NCBI GenBank assembly: GCA_963843555.1
Contig: CAWJKV010000005.1
Span: 192,001-256,000 of the forward strand
Length of the DNA stretch: 64,000 bases
Direction of reading: 5' to 3'
From: an uncultured Methanosarcinales archaeon
GTDB taxonomy: Archaea; Halobacteriota; Methanosarcinia; Methanotrichales; Methanotrichaceae
Under the pieces are notes generated by a model. That model was not told the origin of the DNA. It saw nothing but the letters and a program-made list of their open reading frames with translations, and searched no databases. The position numbers and the translations under genes were made by a program. This document shows, in pieces, positions 50,193 to 60,429 of this stretch. Every line of letters begins with the position of its first letter. Within the stretch, counting starts at the first letter, position 1.

Positions 50193-50897
50193 TTATGCAT
50201 GCTTTCTCACAAACAGATCCCCGAAGATCTCCTCTTGTTCCAGCCAGACCTGTTTTCTCTGGGCCATGAATAGCAGTGAGACGTAGTTTGTGACTCCGTC
50301 CTCGCTCTTGCTATTTCTGCTGTTTATATCCTGGAATGTTATCGTCTTGCTGGCCATGAACATGTCGTCTAATATAGGTCCCAGAGCTTTGATCCGATCC
50401 TCAATCCCTTCATCGTGAGACAGATCCAGAGCCTTCTCCTCTGTGGTGGGCCACCGATCCCGCATGGCCTTCCTGCGGCCCACCATCTCCGCCTTCTTGA
50501 GTTCGCTTATGAGCTCTTCCAGGGTCACAGGCCTCTTGGTATGCCTTCTTACCGGAGGCCGGGGAAGGGTGTCCTCTTTTTCTTCCTCTTCTTCCAGCTC
50601 TTCGATCTCCTCCATCTCAGGTTCGGGTTCCTCCTCTTCTTTTTGCCCTTCCATGGAGTCGGATTTCATGCGGAGAAGAATGCTGGCATAAAGCAGGGTT
50701 CGGGCCGGTATTCTCAGGTCCCTCTTCTCCAGAGAGTCGATATACTGCAGGAACTTCTCCGTGGTCCTGGCTATATCGATATCCCAGGGATCAATTTCAC
50801 CCCTCTTAGCAAGCTCTACCAGTACTTCCGCCGGCTCACCGAACTCGAATTCATCAGGCAACTTTGTGGAATCCGGGACGGATGGATCTTCGGTCAC
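50193..50897 (-). CDS. scpA: Segregation/condensation protein A (kleisin)
   Basis: GEIDPWDIDI, LLYASILLRMKS, RPVTLEELI and QEEIFGDL motifs. Confidence 0.94.
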   Translation of the reverse strand: MTEDPSVPDSTKLPDEFEFGEPAEVLVELAKRGEIDPWDIDIARTTEKFLQYIDSLEKRDLRIPARTLLYASILLRMKSDSMEGQKEEEEPEPEMEEIEELEEEEEKEDTLPRPPVRRHTKRPVTLEELISELKKAEMVGRRKAMRDRWPTTEEKALDLSHDEGIEDRIKALGPILDDMFMASKTITFQDINSRNSKSEDGVTNYVSLLFMAQRKQVWLEQEEIFGDLFVRKHA

Positions 50898-50905
50898 ATC
50901 TCACC

Positions 50906-53900
50906 TCAGCTCGTGCAAATACCGGTCACGCTGGTTATGTTGTTCTCCTGCATGGTCACGCCCAGGGTGTACTTCGACTGCAGTATCATGGGTTTACGCA
51001 AAGATACCACTATGAACTGGGCCTTGCTGGAGATCTTTTTGATCAATTTCGCCACCCTCTCGACATTGGCTCCATCCAGGAACATGTCGATCTCGTCCAT
51101 GGCATAGAAGGGCGCAGGCCGGTACATCTGGATAGAGAAGATAAAAGAAAGAGCAGTAAGACTCTTCTCTCCCCCGGACATGGCCTCCAGGCGGTGGAAG
51201 GGCTTGCCTGCAGGCCGGGCTTTGATGGTCATGCCTGCTGCCAATGGGTCTTCAGGATTTTCCAGAATCAGATCACCATCGCCGTTAGAAAGTTCCTGGA
51301 AGATCTGCTTGAAGTTCTTGTTGATCTCGGAGAAGCTGGCCAGGAATGCCTCCCTCTTCATCTGGTCGTACCTCTCCAGTTTATCGATGATCGATTCGCG
51401 CTCGTCGCTCAGCGTGGTCCTCCTCAGTGCCAGGAAATCGTGGCGTGTTTTCACGTGGTCGTACTCATCGATGGCCAGCATGTTCACGGGCTCCAGGTCT
51501 TTCATGGCCTGGGCCAGGGCCCGGATCGTCTCAGCCACGGTATCGCTCTGAGGCGGCTCCTGGGTAGAATCGACGCCGCTCGCCTCAATCTCCGTGCGCA
51601 GGCTGTCCGCCTTTGACTGGATTGAGTCTCTGGCAGAAGCTGTGGCATTGAGACGGGCATCATTCCGATCCCTCTCCCGCTCCATTTGATCTATCTCCCT
51701 TTGCATGGCCAGGGTCTTTTCCACAAGCTCTACTCGCACGCCTTTCAGGCCGTGCAGTTCGCTCTCGATCTCTGCCTCACGCCCCTGCGACTCTTTGAGC
51801 ATTTCCTGCCGGTCTTTGATCTCGGCTGAGGCGCATTCTTTGCGCTGCAGAGTCTCAGCCTTTGAAACGTCCAGCGCTGCCCTGCGGGCCGCTAGCTCAC
51901 TATGTCTCTCCTGGCCACTATCCACTCGAATCCTGTCCTTGAGAATCTCGGCATCAATCCCCGTCAGCCTTTCTTGCAGACGCCTGATCTCCGACTGCGC
52001 TGCATCAGCCCTGCGATTCAGCTCGGGAATCTCGGAGCCCTTTAATTCGCCCTCAATCAGATCGATCTTCTGTTGCGAGACGGCCAGAGTCTCCTCCGAT
52101 CTTCTGATCTCAGTCTCCAGGAGGTCCAGCTGCCCCTTGAAGCTGAGGGATTCGCTCTCCATCTGCACCAGACGTTCTCGCTTCTCCTGTATGGACTTCT
52201 CCAGACGGGGCTTTGCGGCTGCCATCTCGTCCGTCCGGAAGGTCTTCTTGGATATGACTTTATTCAGCTCCTCGACCTCGCGGGAGATGTGAGAGATCTG
52301 CTCTTCGATTCTATCCAGCTTATCGAGCCTCGTGCCCCGCTCGGCATCGGCATTGGCGATCTTCTCAGAGAGCTCCAATAGTTTTTTGCCCTCTTCGGCT
52401 GCGAATTTCATCTTGGTGCGGTAGTGCCCGCCGGTCATGGCCCCGGACTTCTCCACCAGATCTCCTTCCAGTGTGACCATGCGATACCGGCCCATGAGCG
52501 CCCTGGCATGGGTAAGGCTCTCTACGACCAGAGTATCGCGAAAGACATACCAGAACGCATTTTGGAATTTGGAGTCATAGTCGACCAGGTTGAGAGCATA
52601 ATCGACTACCCCAGCATAATTCGGCTTGGCGGAGAGAATGCCCCGGTCGAGCTTATTCAAAGGCAAGAAGGTAGCCCTGCCGATCTGGGACCTCTTCAGG
52701 TACTCAATGGCGTGAGCCGCATCTTCATCTGTGGCCGCCACGATGCTCTGCAGCCGGGCCCCAGCCGCAACCTCCAGGGCGGCGGAATAGCGTGATCCTA
52801 CGTTGCCTAGCTCTGCAATGGTTCCATAGAGTCCCTGGAGCATCTGCTTCTTAATGGCAGACCTGATTGCATCCACCGCCCGGCTGTAACCGGCCTTATC
52901 CTCGGCGGCTTTCATGCGTCCGTCAGTGCGAGCGAACTCGCCCTGCAGCCGCTGCATCTCTCTCTCTGCCTCAGAGATCTCCCGGCGCAGGCGCAGGCGT
53001 CCACTCTCCAGGTCATCTCTGTCCCGCTCCATTCCCATTGCTTTGCCGTTCAAGGTGGCCAGCTCTGATTTTAGCTGTTCTGCCTCGTGATCGGCTCCGG
53101 CCAGAGCGTCCAGAGCCTCTTTGATGCCCAGAGAGAGTTCTTCCCTCTCCAGACCTCCTCGCCTTGTGGCATCCAGCAGCCGGTCCCTCTCCCTGAGCAG
53201 GTCACCCAGCTTTGATTTGGCTTCCTCCCGGATCTGTCGTGCCCCGGCCAGATCATCCCGCAGAAGAGAATACTGTGCATCCGCCCTGGCGAGGCTCTCT
53301 TCTGCCGCTTGAAGAAGCTCCAGCTGATCCTCAAGTTCGCCACTCAAGCTGGCTTTGCGAAGGCTCGCGTCTCTCATCTTTTCGCTTAACCCCTCCAGTT
53401 CCGAAGAGAGGTTGTTCATCTGAATGAAGCAGGTCTTTTGCTGATCTTCCATCTCTGTTATGGCCTTCTCTGCCATCTCAGCACGCCCCGCCTCGCGGGC
53501 AATCTCTCCTTTCAGCTCTTCTATGCGCCGCTTGACCTGAATCTGCTCATCTTCTCCTTTGTGAGTGATCTCCTGGCTCAAGGATTGCAGCTTCTCGTCT
53601 AGAGCCGCCAGCTCGGTTTTCTTATTTACGGAATTTTGCTGGATCGTCTCATTCTTAACCTCCAGCGAATTGATCTCTTCATTGAGGCGGGATAGTTCAG
53701 AGGATGCTTCTTTGAGCCTGGCCAGGAGCAGAAAAGCATCCTGTCTCTTTAACTCCTCGCGGTGTGCCTGGTAGGAATGAGCCTTATCCCTCTCCGCTTT
53801 AAGCCGGGAGAGCTGCATTGCGACCTCTTCGAGAATCACGTCGACGCGACCGATGCGTTCCCGCACCACATCCAGCTCTTCCATGGCTTTTTTCTTTTTC

Positions 53901-54421
53901 TCGTCAAACTCGGCGACTCCGGCAATCTCATCTATGATCTTGCGGCGCTCCATGGGCGTCATCTCTATGATGCGCGTCACATCGCCCTGCATGACGATAT
54001 TGTAGCTCTCGGGGGTTATGCCTGCCTTGGCGAGCAGGTCGAGAAGCTCGGCCTGGCCGCAGGACTTTCCATTAAAATAGTAAGAAGAGGCATATTTGTC
54101 GCCCTTGACCTTAATCTTTCTGGATACTTCGATAATGTCCTGATCCAGAGGAAAGAAGCGGCTGGCATTGTCCAGCTTGACGGTAACCTGGGCATAGTCC
54201 GGATTCTTGCCGTTATCACCCCGGTATATGAGGTCGGGCAGCCTTTCCGCCCGCATGGCTCGCGAGCTGGAGAGGCAGAGGGCGAAGAGAAGGGCATCGA
54301 CGATATTGGATTTACCGCTACCGTTGGGCCCTGTAACGGTCACAAAATCGTTCTTCAGAGGAACCCTGACGCTTCTGCCGAAGGACTTGAAGTTTTTGAG
54401 CTCAACCTCTTTGATGTACAA
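50906..54421 (-). CDS. smc: Chromosome segregation protein SMC
   Basis: NFKSF, GPNGSGKSN, hinge GRATFLPL and G.MTGG, MSGGEKSL and DEID motifs. Confidence 0.97.
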   Translation of the reverse strand: MYIKEVELKNFKSFGRSVRVPLKNDFVTVTGPNGSGKSNIVDALLFALCLSSSRAMRAERLPDLIYRGDNGKNPDYAQVTVKLDNASRFFPLDQDIIEVSRKIKVKGDKYASSYYFNGKSCGQAELLDLLAKAGITPESYNIVMQGDVTRIIEMTPMERRKIIDEIAGVAEFDEKKKKAMEELDVVRERIGRVDVILEEVAMQLSRLKAERDKAHSYQAHREELKRQDAFLLLARLKEASSELSRLNEEINSLEVKNETIQQNSVNKKTELAALDEKLQSLSQEITHKGEDEQIQVKRRIEELKGEIAREAGRAEMAEKAITEMEDQQKTCFIQMNNLSSELEGLSEKMRDASLRKASLSGELEDQLELLQAAEESLARADAQYSLLRDDLAGARQIREEAKSKLGDLLRERDRLLDATRRGGLEREELSLGIKEALDALAGADHEAEQLKSELATLNGKAMGMERDRDDLESGRLRLRREISEAEREMQRLQGEFARTDGRMKAAEDKAGYSRAVDAIRSAIKKQMLQGLYGTIAELGNVGSRYSAALEVAAGARLQSIVAATDEDAAHAIEYLKRSQIGRATFLPLNKLDRGILSAKPNYAGVVDYALNLVDYDSKFQNAFWYVFRDTLVVESLTHARALMGRYRMVTLEGDLVEKSGAMTGGHYRTKMKFAAEEGKKLLELSEKIANADAERGTRLDKLDRIEEQISHISREVEELNKVISKKTFRTDEMAAAKPRLEKSIQEKRERLVQMESESLSFKGQLDLLETEIRRSEETLAVSQQKIDLIEGELKGSEIPELNRRADAAQSEIRRLQERLTGIDAEILKDRIRVDSGQERHSELAARRAALDVSKAETLQRKECASAEIKDRQEMLKESQGREAEIESELHGLKGVRVELVEKTLAMQREIDQMERERDRNDARLNATASARDSIQSKADSLRTEIEASGVDSTQEPPQSDTVAETIRALAQAMKDLEPVNMLAIDEYDHVKTRHDFLALRRTTLSDERESIIDKLERYDQMKREAFLASFSEINKNFKQIFQELSNGDGDLILENPEDPLAAGMTIKARPAGKPFHRLEAMSGGEKSLTALSFIFSIQMYRPAPFYAMDEIDMFLDGANVERVAKLIKKISSKAQFIVVSLRKPMILQSKYTLGVTMQENNITSVTGICTS

Positions 54422-54810
54422 AGGTTACCTCCGCATGAATCTTTCCGTGTCGGATTCTTCTCCAATGCCCGTCATTTCTTCCCTTTTCGCCCTATATCCA
54501 TCAGTTCTTTCCCAATCTGTTTTCTTAAGGGTGTTGAGGCTTTCGCTCTGCTGACCCTCAAACACCTCCTGAGAATCTTCACTTAAGTATGTATTCAAGG
54601 ATGTATATATCATTTTCCTACATGCAAACCTTTCTTCCAATTGAGCAATTAAATTTGCAATATTAATATATTTAAAAATTTAAACCTAGCCGGCTCCACG
54701 ATTTTATAAGGGTCCTGCATCATGCCAGAATGCATGATCTCTTGCATCGGCCTATCTTTCTGGTCTTGACCCCAAAACTTATTTACCCTCTGGCCAAGGC
54801 AAATTCCAGT

Positions 54811-56028
54811 ATGGAGATACTTGCCGACGTCGGAGGAAGGCCGGGCCTGGACTGCAGGGGCTTTTGCAGCTACTGCTATTTCAAGGGAGTAAAGAGGGTA
54901 CAGCCCTTCGGCTGCAAGTACTGCATGCCATTCCAGAAGGGCTGTGACTACTGCTCCCGCGCCATTGTGGAGGGCTATCCAGGATTCAAGCCGCTCGACG
55001 CAGTGGCATTCGATGTGGCTCAAAAGTGCATGGGCAGCATACCCGATAAGGTGACGATCAGCGGCGGCGGTGATCTGAGCTGTTACCCCGAACTCCTGCC
55101 TCTGGCCAGGACGGTGGGTCAGGGGATGGTACCCATAAGCCTTGGCTATACCAGTGGAAAAGGCTTTAAAAGCAAAGATGAGGCCGGGCCTCTGGTGGAT
55201 GCGGGCGTGAATGAGGTTTCCTTCACTGTTTTCTCGACAAATGAAGAGCTTCGACATAAGTATATGGGAGACAGGTCTCCAGAGATCGCCCTTGCCAACC
55301 TCAGGACCTTTTGTGAAAGCTGCGACGTCTACTGCGCCGCAGTGCTCATCCCCGGGGTGAACGATGGGGCAGAGCTGGAGAAGACCTGCAGTGACCTGGA
55401 GGAGATGGGGGCGAAAGGGCTGATCCTCATGAGATTTGCCAATGCCCGCGAGCAAGGCTTGATCCTGGGAAATGAGCCTATCATTCCGGGCATAGTGCCC
55501 CACAGCGTCGAAGAGTTCCAGAGGATTGTCACAGAAACAGCAAACGGGCATAGCTTCCGGGTAACTGGGACTCCACTCTGGGATCCTGTCACCGGTGCGC
55601 CCTTTGCCCTGGCCAGACACCCTGAATTGATAGCGCGCCTCCCCGGCTTGCGAAGAAGCGCTACAGTCATCACCAGCTCTGTGGCCGCGCCCCTATTGAA
55701 CGCCATCTTCAAGCAGATGGGCGATAAAGTGAATGTGGTAGCAGTTAACAAAGACGTGGGCTGCTTGATAACCATAGAGGATTTCAAAACCCTGGACCTG
55801 GCCGGGATTTTGGGCACCGTTATCATTCCGGGCCGTACCCTGGCCCATGAGAAAGAGATAAAAAAAGCTCTGAGCCGGGATGGGCAGGATAGGATTGCGG
55901 TGCGCGGCCCGGACAGGCTTACGGTGGACGGGGAGATGAGCATCTCCATGAAGGCAGAAGAAGTCCTGGATCTGGAGGTTGAGGCATTCGGGGAGTTGAT
56001 CGAAGCGATCAATGCTCTGGGCGTCTAA
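54811..56028 (+). CDS. mmp10: Methanogenesis marker protein 10 (MCR arginine C-methyltransferase, radical SAM)
   Basis: DVGGRPGLDCRGFCSYCYF, CKYC...CDYC, GGGDLSCYP, LMRFAN and RGPDRLTVDGEMS motifs. Confidence 0.93.
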   Translation: MEILADVGGRPGLDCRGFCSYCYFKGVKRVQPFGCKYCMPFQKGCDYCSRAIVEGYPGFKPLDAVAFDVAQKCMGSIPDKVTISGGGDLSCYPELLPLARTVGQGMVPISLGYTSGKGFKSKDEAGPLVDAGVNEVSFTVFSTNEELRHKYMGDRSPEIALANLRTFCESCDVYCAAVLIPGVNDGAELEKTCSDLEEMGAKGLILMRFANAREQGLILGNEPIIPGIVPHSVEEFQRIVTETANGHSFRVTGTPLWDPVTGAPFALARHPELIARLPGLRRSATVITSSVAAPLLNAIFKQMGDKVNVVAVNKDVGCLITIEDFKTLDLAGILGTVIIPGRTLAHEKEIKKALSRDGQDRIAVRGPDRLTVDGEMSISMKAEEVLDLEVEAFGELIEAINALGV

Positions 56029-56148
56029 TTCCATATTTCAAAGTATCGATGGATGGAATGAGAAATAAACGTCGAATTCTTTAAGTATTCTTAGTTTATT
56101 ATTAAATTTAATGGAAAACTATTAGTACCTTTAAAGAAGCCCCAAAAA

Positions 56149-57315
56149 ATGATGAAACAAAAAAGGCCATTTCACGTCATGATCATCCCCACTCTTGGCT
56201 GTCCTTCTAAATGCAGCTATTGCTGGAGTTCGGAGGTGGGCTCTCCCATAATGGGCATTGAGACCATTCAAGATGTGGTGGAGTGGCTTCGGCATTTCCG
56301 GGACGACCCCGTGACATTCACATTTCATGGTGGCGAGCCGTTGCTTGCGGGTGCCGATTTTTACAGGAAAGCATTGCCAATGCTCTCCCAGGAGTTAGAG
56401 CATCTGAGCCCGAACTTTGCCCTCCAGACAAATCTCTGGAAGATGACGCCGGAATTGGCAGAGGTCCTGGCGGAGCATAAAATTCCCATCGGCTCAAGCC
56501 TCGATGGCCCGCAGGAGCTCAATGACCTGCAGAGGTCGGAGGGCTATTATGAGAAGACCATGGCCGGCTACAAATTGGCTAAAGAGCATGGTCTGCAGGT
56601 GCAATTCATCTGCACCTTCACCTCTTATTCAGTGCAATTCAAAGAAGAAATATTCAACTACTTCCTGGAGAACAACCTGACCCTCAAGCTCCATCCTGCC
56701 TTGCCATCGCTGCGCAGCGACGACCCCGACAGATGGGCGCTCCAGCCCGAAGCATATGGCGAGCTTCTGGTCTATCTGCTGGATAAGTATCTGGAAAACA
56801 TGGACCAGATTGAGGTCAGAAATATCAACGACTACTGCAGATGCGTCTTCACCGGTCGGGGTACCGTCTGCACTTTTGTGGACTGTATGGAGAACACCTT
56901 TGCGGTGGGCCCTGACGGAAGCATCTATCCGTGCTATCGCTTTGTGGGCATGCCGGAATACGTCATGGGCAACGTCTGCGATCATCCAACCCGGGAGGAT
57001 CTGGCCATATCTGCGCCTGCCATGCGCATGCGCCAGTTTAAGGAATATGTGGACCGGGAATGCAAGGGCTGTAAACACATCCGGTACTGCCGGGGCGGCT
57101 GTCCCTACAATGCCATCGCCCCCACCAATGGCGAGATAAAGGGCGTCGATCCCCATTGCATTGCCTACCAGAGAATATTTGATGAAATCTCAGATCGGTT
57201 CAATAAAGAGATGATGGGATCATTCGGCATGGGAATGATGGGTCAGGGATCGCAGTCAATTGAGAACTCCCGGCGGGGAATTATGTCTCTGATGCAGAGG
57301 ATGATAGCAAAATAA
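56149..57315 (+). CDS. Radical SAM/SPASM enzyme, anSME-like (methanogen putative peptide-modifying family, TIGR04083-like)
   Basis: CPSKCSYC, FHGGEPLL, QTN, SLDGP, and SPASM G.IYPC...CxxCxxxxxCxGGC motifs. Confidence 0.88.
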   Translation: MMKQKRPFHVMIIPTLGCPSKCSYCWSSEVGSPIMGIETIQDVVEWLRHFRDDPVTFTFHGGEPLLAGADFYRKALPMLSQELEHLSPNFALQTNLWKMTPELAEVLAEHKIPIGSSLDGPQELNDLQRSEGYYEKTMAGYKLAKEHGLQVQFICTFTSYSVQFKEEIFNYFLENNLTLKLHPALPSLRSDDPDRWALQPEAYGELLVYLLDKYLENMDQIEVRNINDYCRCVFTGRGTVCTFVDCMENTFAVGPDGSIYPCYRFVGMPEYVMGNVCDHPTREDLAISAPAMRMRQFKEYVDRECKGCKHIRYCRGGCPYNAIAPTNGEIKGVDPHCIAYQRIFDEISDRFNKEMMGSFGMGMMGQGSQSIENSRRGIMSLMQRMIAK

Positions 57316-57372
57316 ATCCCGATTGGCCCCAAAAGTTAATGCCCTGGGAGGTATATTCTGAATGCGATCGTT

Positions 57373-57825
57373 ATGGAAAAGATTCAGGATATAAAAGGCC
57401 TTGGCGGGATGCTTAATGGTTTTCGTGATTTGGTAAAAGACGATCAGAAGATAATATTCGTGGGGTCTCCTGGTTTTTGTACGCCTTTTGCACTCTTTCT
57501 TGGCTATCCGGTGCGAGAAAAGGAGCTGGCCTTTGTGCCGGGATTGAATAAAGAGAAAGCGCGCAAGATAATCACCACGGAATACGGACTGGAGCTCGGA
57601 GAGAAGATCCTCTTTGAAGCGGATGTGGTAGTGATCCTGGGAGGCATGGCCATGCCAAAGATAGGTGTGAAGCCTGCTGAGATGAAGGACTTTCTGGCCG
57701 GGATGAAATACAAGAAGCTCATAGGAGTCTGCTTCATGTCCATCTTCGAGAAGTCGGGGTGGTGCCAGGCTCTGCAATTCGATCACATCATGAACATGAT
57801 CATCGAGGGAGAAGTATCCAGGTGA
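57373..57825 (+). CDS. DUF2124 family protein
   Basis: GSPGFCTPFA, GGMAMPK and GVCFMSIF..SGW motifs. Confidence 0.8.
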   Translation: MEKIQDIKGLGGMLNGFRDLVKDDQKIIFVGSPGFCTPFALFLGYPVREKELAFVPGLNKEKARKIITTEYGLELGEKILFEADVVVILGGMAMPKIGVKPAEMKDFLAGMKYKKLIGVCFMSIFEKSGWCQALQFDHIMNMIIEGEVSR

Positions 57826-57850
57826 ATGGGGCTAATTAACCATTAATCCG

Positions 57851-58471
57851 GTGAGTATCTGGATGCTCAAAATTACGCCATATCTAGGCCTGATAGTCAT
57901 AATCATATCCCTGGGAGGCATCTTCTACCCCAAGTTAGGCTATTTTCTCCTGATCGTCTTTGCCACCCTGATGATTATTGCCCCCTTCAGAGGCAGATGG
58001 TTCTGCGGCAATCTCTGCCCCAGAGGAAGTTTTGTGGACTTCTGGCTGGGCCCTTTGAGCCGCAAGTTGCCGATCCCTCCAATCTTGCGGAGCATGTGGA
58101 TCAGAGTCCCCATCTTCATCATCCTCATGGGATTCATGGTCTTCAGAATTGTGCAAACCCAAGGTGTTGTGGATAAAGTGGGCATGGTCTTTGTAACTAT
58201 ATGCCTTCTTACCACAGCGATTGCCATTCTCTTTGGAATCATCATTGCCCCCAGAGCCTGGTGTTCATTCTGTCCCATGGGCACGATGCAGAGGGCGGTC
58301 GGAGGGAACAGATACCAGCTCAAAGTGGATAAAGAGAGATGCATCGACTGCGGAAAATGCCAGAAGGTCTGTCCCATGCAGCTTCCTGTAAATGAGATTC
58401 TGAACGAGCCGGATTGCATCAAATGTGCTCGGTGTGTAGAGGTCTGCCCAAAAGCTGCTTTGAGCTTCTGA
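57851..58471 (+). CDS. Membrane 4Fe-4S binding protein (NapH/CcoG-like)
   Basis: R.FCG.LCP.G and R.WC.FCP.G motifs, two CxxCxxCxxxCP motifs, TM helices. Confidence 0.88.
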   Translation: MSIWMLKITPYLGLIVIIISLGGIFYPKLGYFLLIVFATLMIIAPFRGRWFCGNLCPRGSFVDFWLGPLSRKLPIPPILRSMWIRVPIFIILMGFMVFRIVQTQGVVDKVGMVFVTICLLTTAIAILFGIIIAPRAWCSFCPMGTMQRAVGGNRYQLKVDKERCIDCGKCQKVCPMQLPVNEILNEPDCIKCARCVEVCPKAALSF

Positions 58472-58569
58472 TTTGGCTCTCGTTTCTTTGGAGTATGATT
58501 TCCTGGATTCGATCTATGAAAAATGGACTGTATGGATTCAAGGCATGGATCCTTCCATATTTTTACTAA

Positions 58570-59031
58570 TCATACTTGAGGCGTTATCCAAACGCCATTC
58601 TGGTAAACTTTCAGGGAGGAGCTTGTCCTTGTATAATTCAGAGTCTTCCCCCAGTTCTTCTGGAAAGGCTCCCACTGCATACCAGCTAATGAGCTAATTC
58701 TGAACTCCGAATCATAGGGCACCTGGTTGTAAGGATATGCTCCAAACGGTCCCGCATAAATACCAGGCCTGAACTGGTACGGCTGGGTGTAATCATAGAA
58801 GAACTCCGCGCCGAAGTAGGGGTAGTAGGTTTGTTCCCAGCTCTGCCGTTGTGCTCCTGTAGGGTCTGAGTAAAAGATAGGGTCTGCGAAATATTGAGCA
58901 ATATCACTGCCATAGGATCTACCAACATATCCGCCATCCAGATAGTCCTGTCCAAAAGCAATGCCGATCAGCAGGAACACTGCGAACGCTGCCATGGGCA
59001 GCAAAACTTTGCCATACTTCATAAGTCTCAC
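58570..59031 (-). CDS. Secreted Tyr/Pro-rich hypothetical protein
   Basis: Signal peptide (…IGIAFG/Q) followed by a low-complexity Y/P/F-rich mature part. Confidence 0.65.
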   Translation of the reverse strand: MRLMKYGKVLLPMAAFAVFLLIGIAFGQDYLDGGYVGRSYGSDIAQYFADPIFYSDPTGAQRQSWEQTYYPYFGAEFFYDYTQPYQFRPGIYAGPFGAYPYNQVPYDSEFRISSLAGMQWEPFQKNWGKTLNYTRTSSSLKVYQNGVWITPQV

Positions 59032-59212
59032 CTGATATTGATGATTGTCTTAATAACACTTAACGCTATTTATCATTTGACTCATTTTGACATCTGCGAT
59101 CGCTTAATGGACCAATGATCTAATCAGAGCAACATTTCTATTGATACCGCCCGAGATTAATTCGATAATCTGATATATTTAGCAATTCCATATTACCTAA
59201 TGGTGCTGCAAA

Positions 59213-60358
59213 ATGAAGCCGATTCTTATCGCCTTATTGGTGGGTTTGCTGCTCGTGTCCTCAGGCTGCATTCAACCTGAAAAAGCCCCGGTCGTCGTGG
59301 AGAAGGCGGCCACTGGGGAGTGGAAAGCTGATGGAATTGTAGGCGAGAGCGAATACTCTCGCAGCATGGTGTTGCAGAGCCCGGCCAGGCAGGGATACAG
59401 CGGTGGAGATATGGAGATCTCCTGGAAGAACGATCCAGAATATCTTTACCTGGCCCTGAACGGCAGCACTGACGGCTGGCTGTCTATTGGCTTTGATCCA
59501 CTGGAGTGGATGAAGAACTCCGACATAATCCTGGCATCGATGCAGGGAAGCACAGTGACAATGCTGGATGAGTACTGCACAGGTAACTACGGTCCCCACA
59601 TCGAGGATACCATGCTGGGAGGCACAAACGACATTGTGGAATTTGGCGGCAGCAAAGGAGCCGGTCGTACTGTCATAGAGCTGAAGAGAAAACTGGATAC
59701 AGGAGACAGGTTTGACAAGGCTTTCTCGCCCGGCCAGGCGATCTCCATTATCTGGGCATTGTCTGAGAATCCCGACATCAGCCTAAAGCACAATGTGGCC
59801 TACGGCGAGGGGATCATGACCTTGACCGAGGAGAGCGCGATGACATCCGCGGAAGCAGCACTAACCTCGCGCGAGAAGGAAGGTCTTATCTTCATCTGGG
59901 AGGAGGAAAAAGTAGCCCGCGACCTGTACGCTTCCCTTCATGAAGAGAACAACCTCTCCATCTTCATGGAACTGATGAGATCGGAGCAAAGCCATATGGA
60001 CCAGGCCAAAGCCGTCATAGACCAATACGGCCTCTCCACTCCAGGAGAAAACGAGCCGGGTGTATTCCAGAACCAGACTCTGCAGGAGATTTATGACAGG
60101 CTCCTGAGTGAAGGATTGCCGTCTGATGAAGATGCTCTGCAGGCGGCGGCCGAATATGAAGAAATAAGCGTCATGGACCTGGAGAGAGAGCTGGCTGCCA
60201 CGGAGAACGAGGATGTCAAGGTAGTCTACCAGGGACTTCTCGCAGGTTCCCGAAAGCATCTGCGCTCATACGTCGCCGACCTGCATGATTTGGGAATAGA
60301 ATATGCCCCCCGGCACCTCGATAAAGCCAGTTTTGAGGAGATAGTGAAAGTTGGATAG
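59213..60358 (+). CDS. Lipoprotein: DOMON domain + DUF2202 ferritin-like domain
   Basis: Lipobox SSGC. DOMON: GWLSIGF...M..SDII, R.LDTGD.FD, H. Ferritin-like: EEEKVARDLY, SEQSH, EE....DL, SRKHLRSY. Confidence 0.8.
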   Translation: MKPILIALLVGLLLVSSGCIQPEKAPVVVEKAATGEWKADGIVGESEYSRSMVLQSPARQGYSGGDMEISWKNDPEYLYLALNGSTDGWLSIGFDPLEWMKNSDIILASMQGSTVTMLDEYCTGNYGPHIEDTMLGGTNDIVEFGGSKGAGRTVIELKRKLDTGDRFDKAFSPGQAISIIWALSENPDISLKHNVAYGEGIMTLTEESAMTSAEAALTSREKEGLIFIWEEEKVARDLYASLHEENNLSIFMELMRSEQSHMDQAKAVIDQYGLSTPGENEPGVFQNQTLQEIYDRLLSEGLPSDEDALQAAAEYEEISVMDLERELAATENEDVKVVYQGLLAGSRKHLRSYVADLHDLGIEYAPRHLDKASFEEIVKVG

Positions 60359-60381
60359 CAAAAGCAATGGATAGAATCGTG

Positions 60382-60418
60382 GGGAGCCACCCGGGGCTCC
60401 CTATCCCCAAAAAAATAC
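60382..60418 (-). terminator. Hairpin and T-tract between convergent genes
   Basis: GGGAGCC/GGCTCCC stem and an A7 run (T7 on the minus strand). Confidence 0.4.
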
Positions 60419-60429
60419 AATATGCAAAA

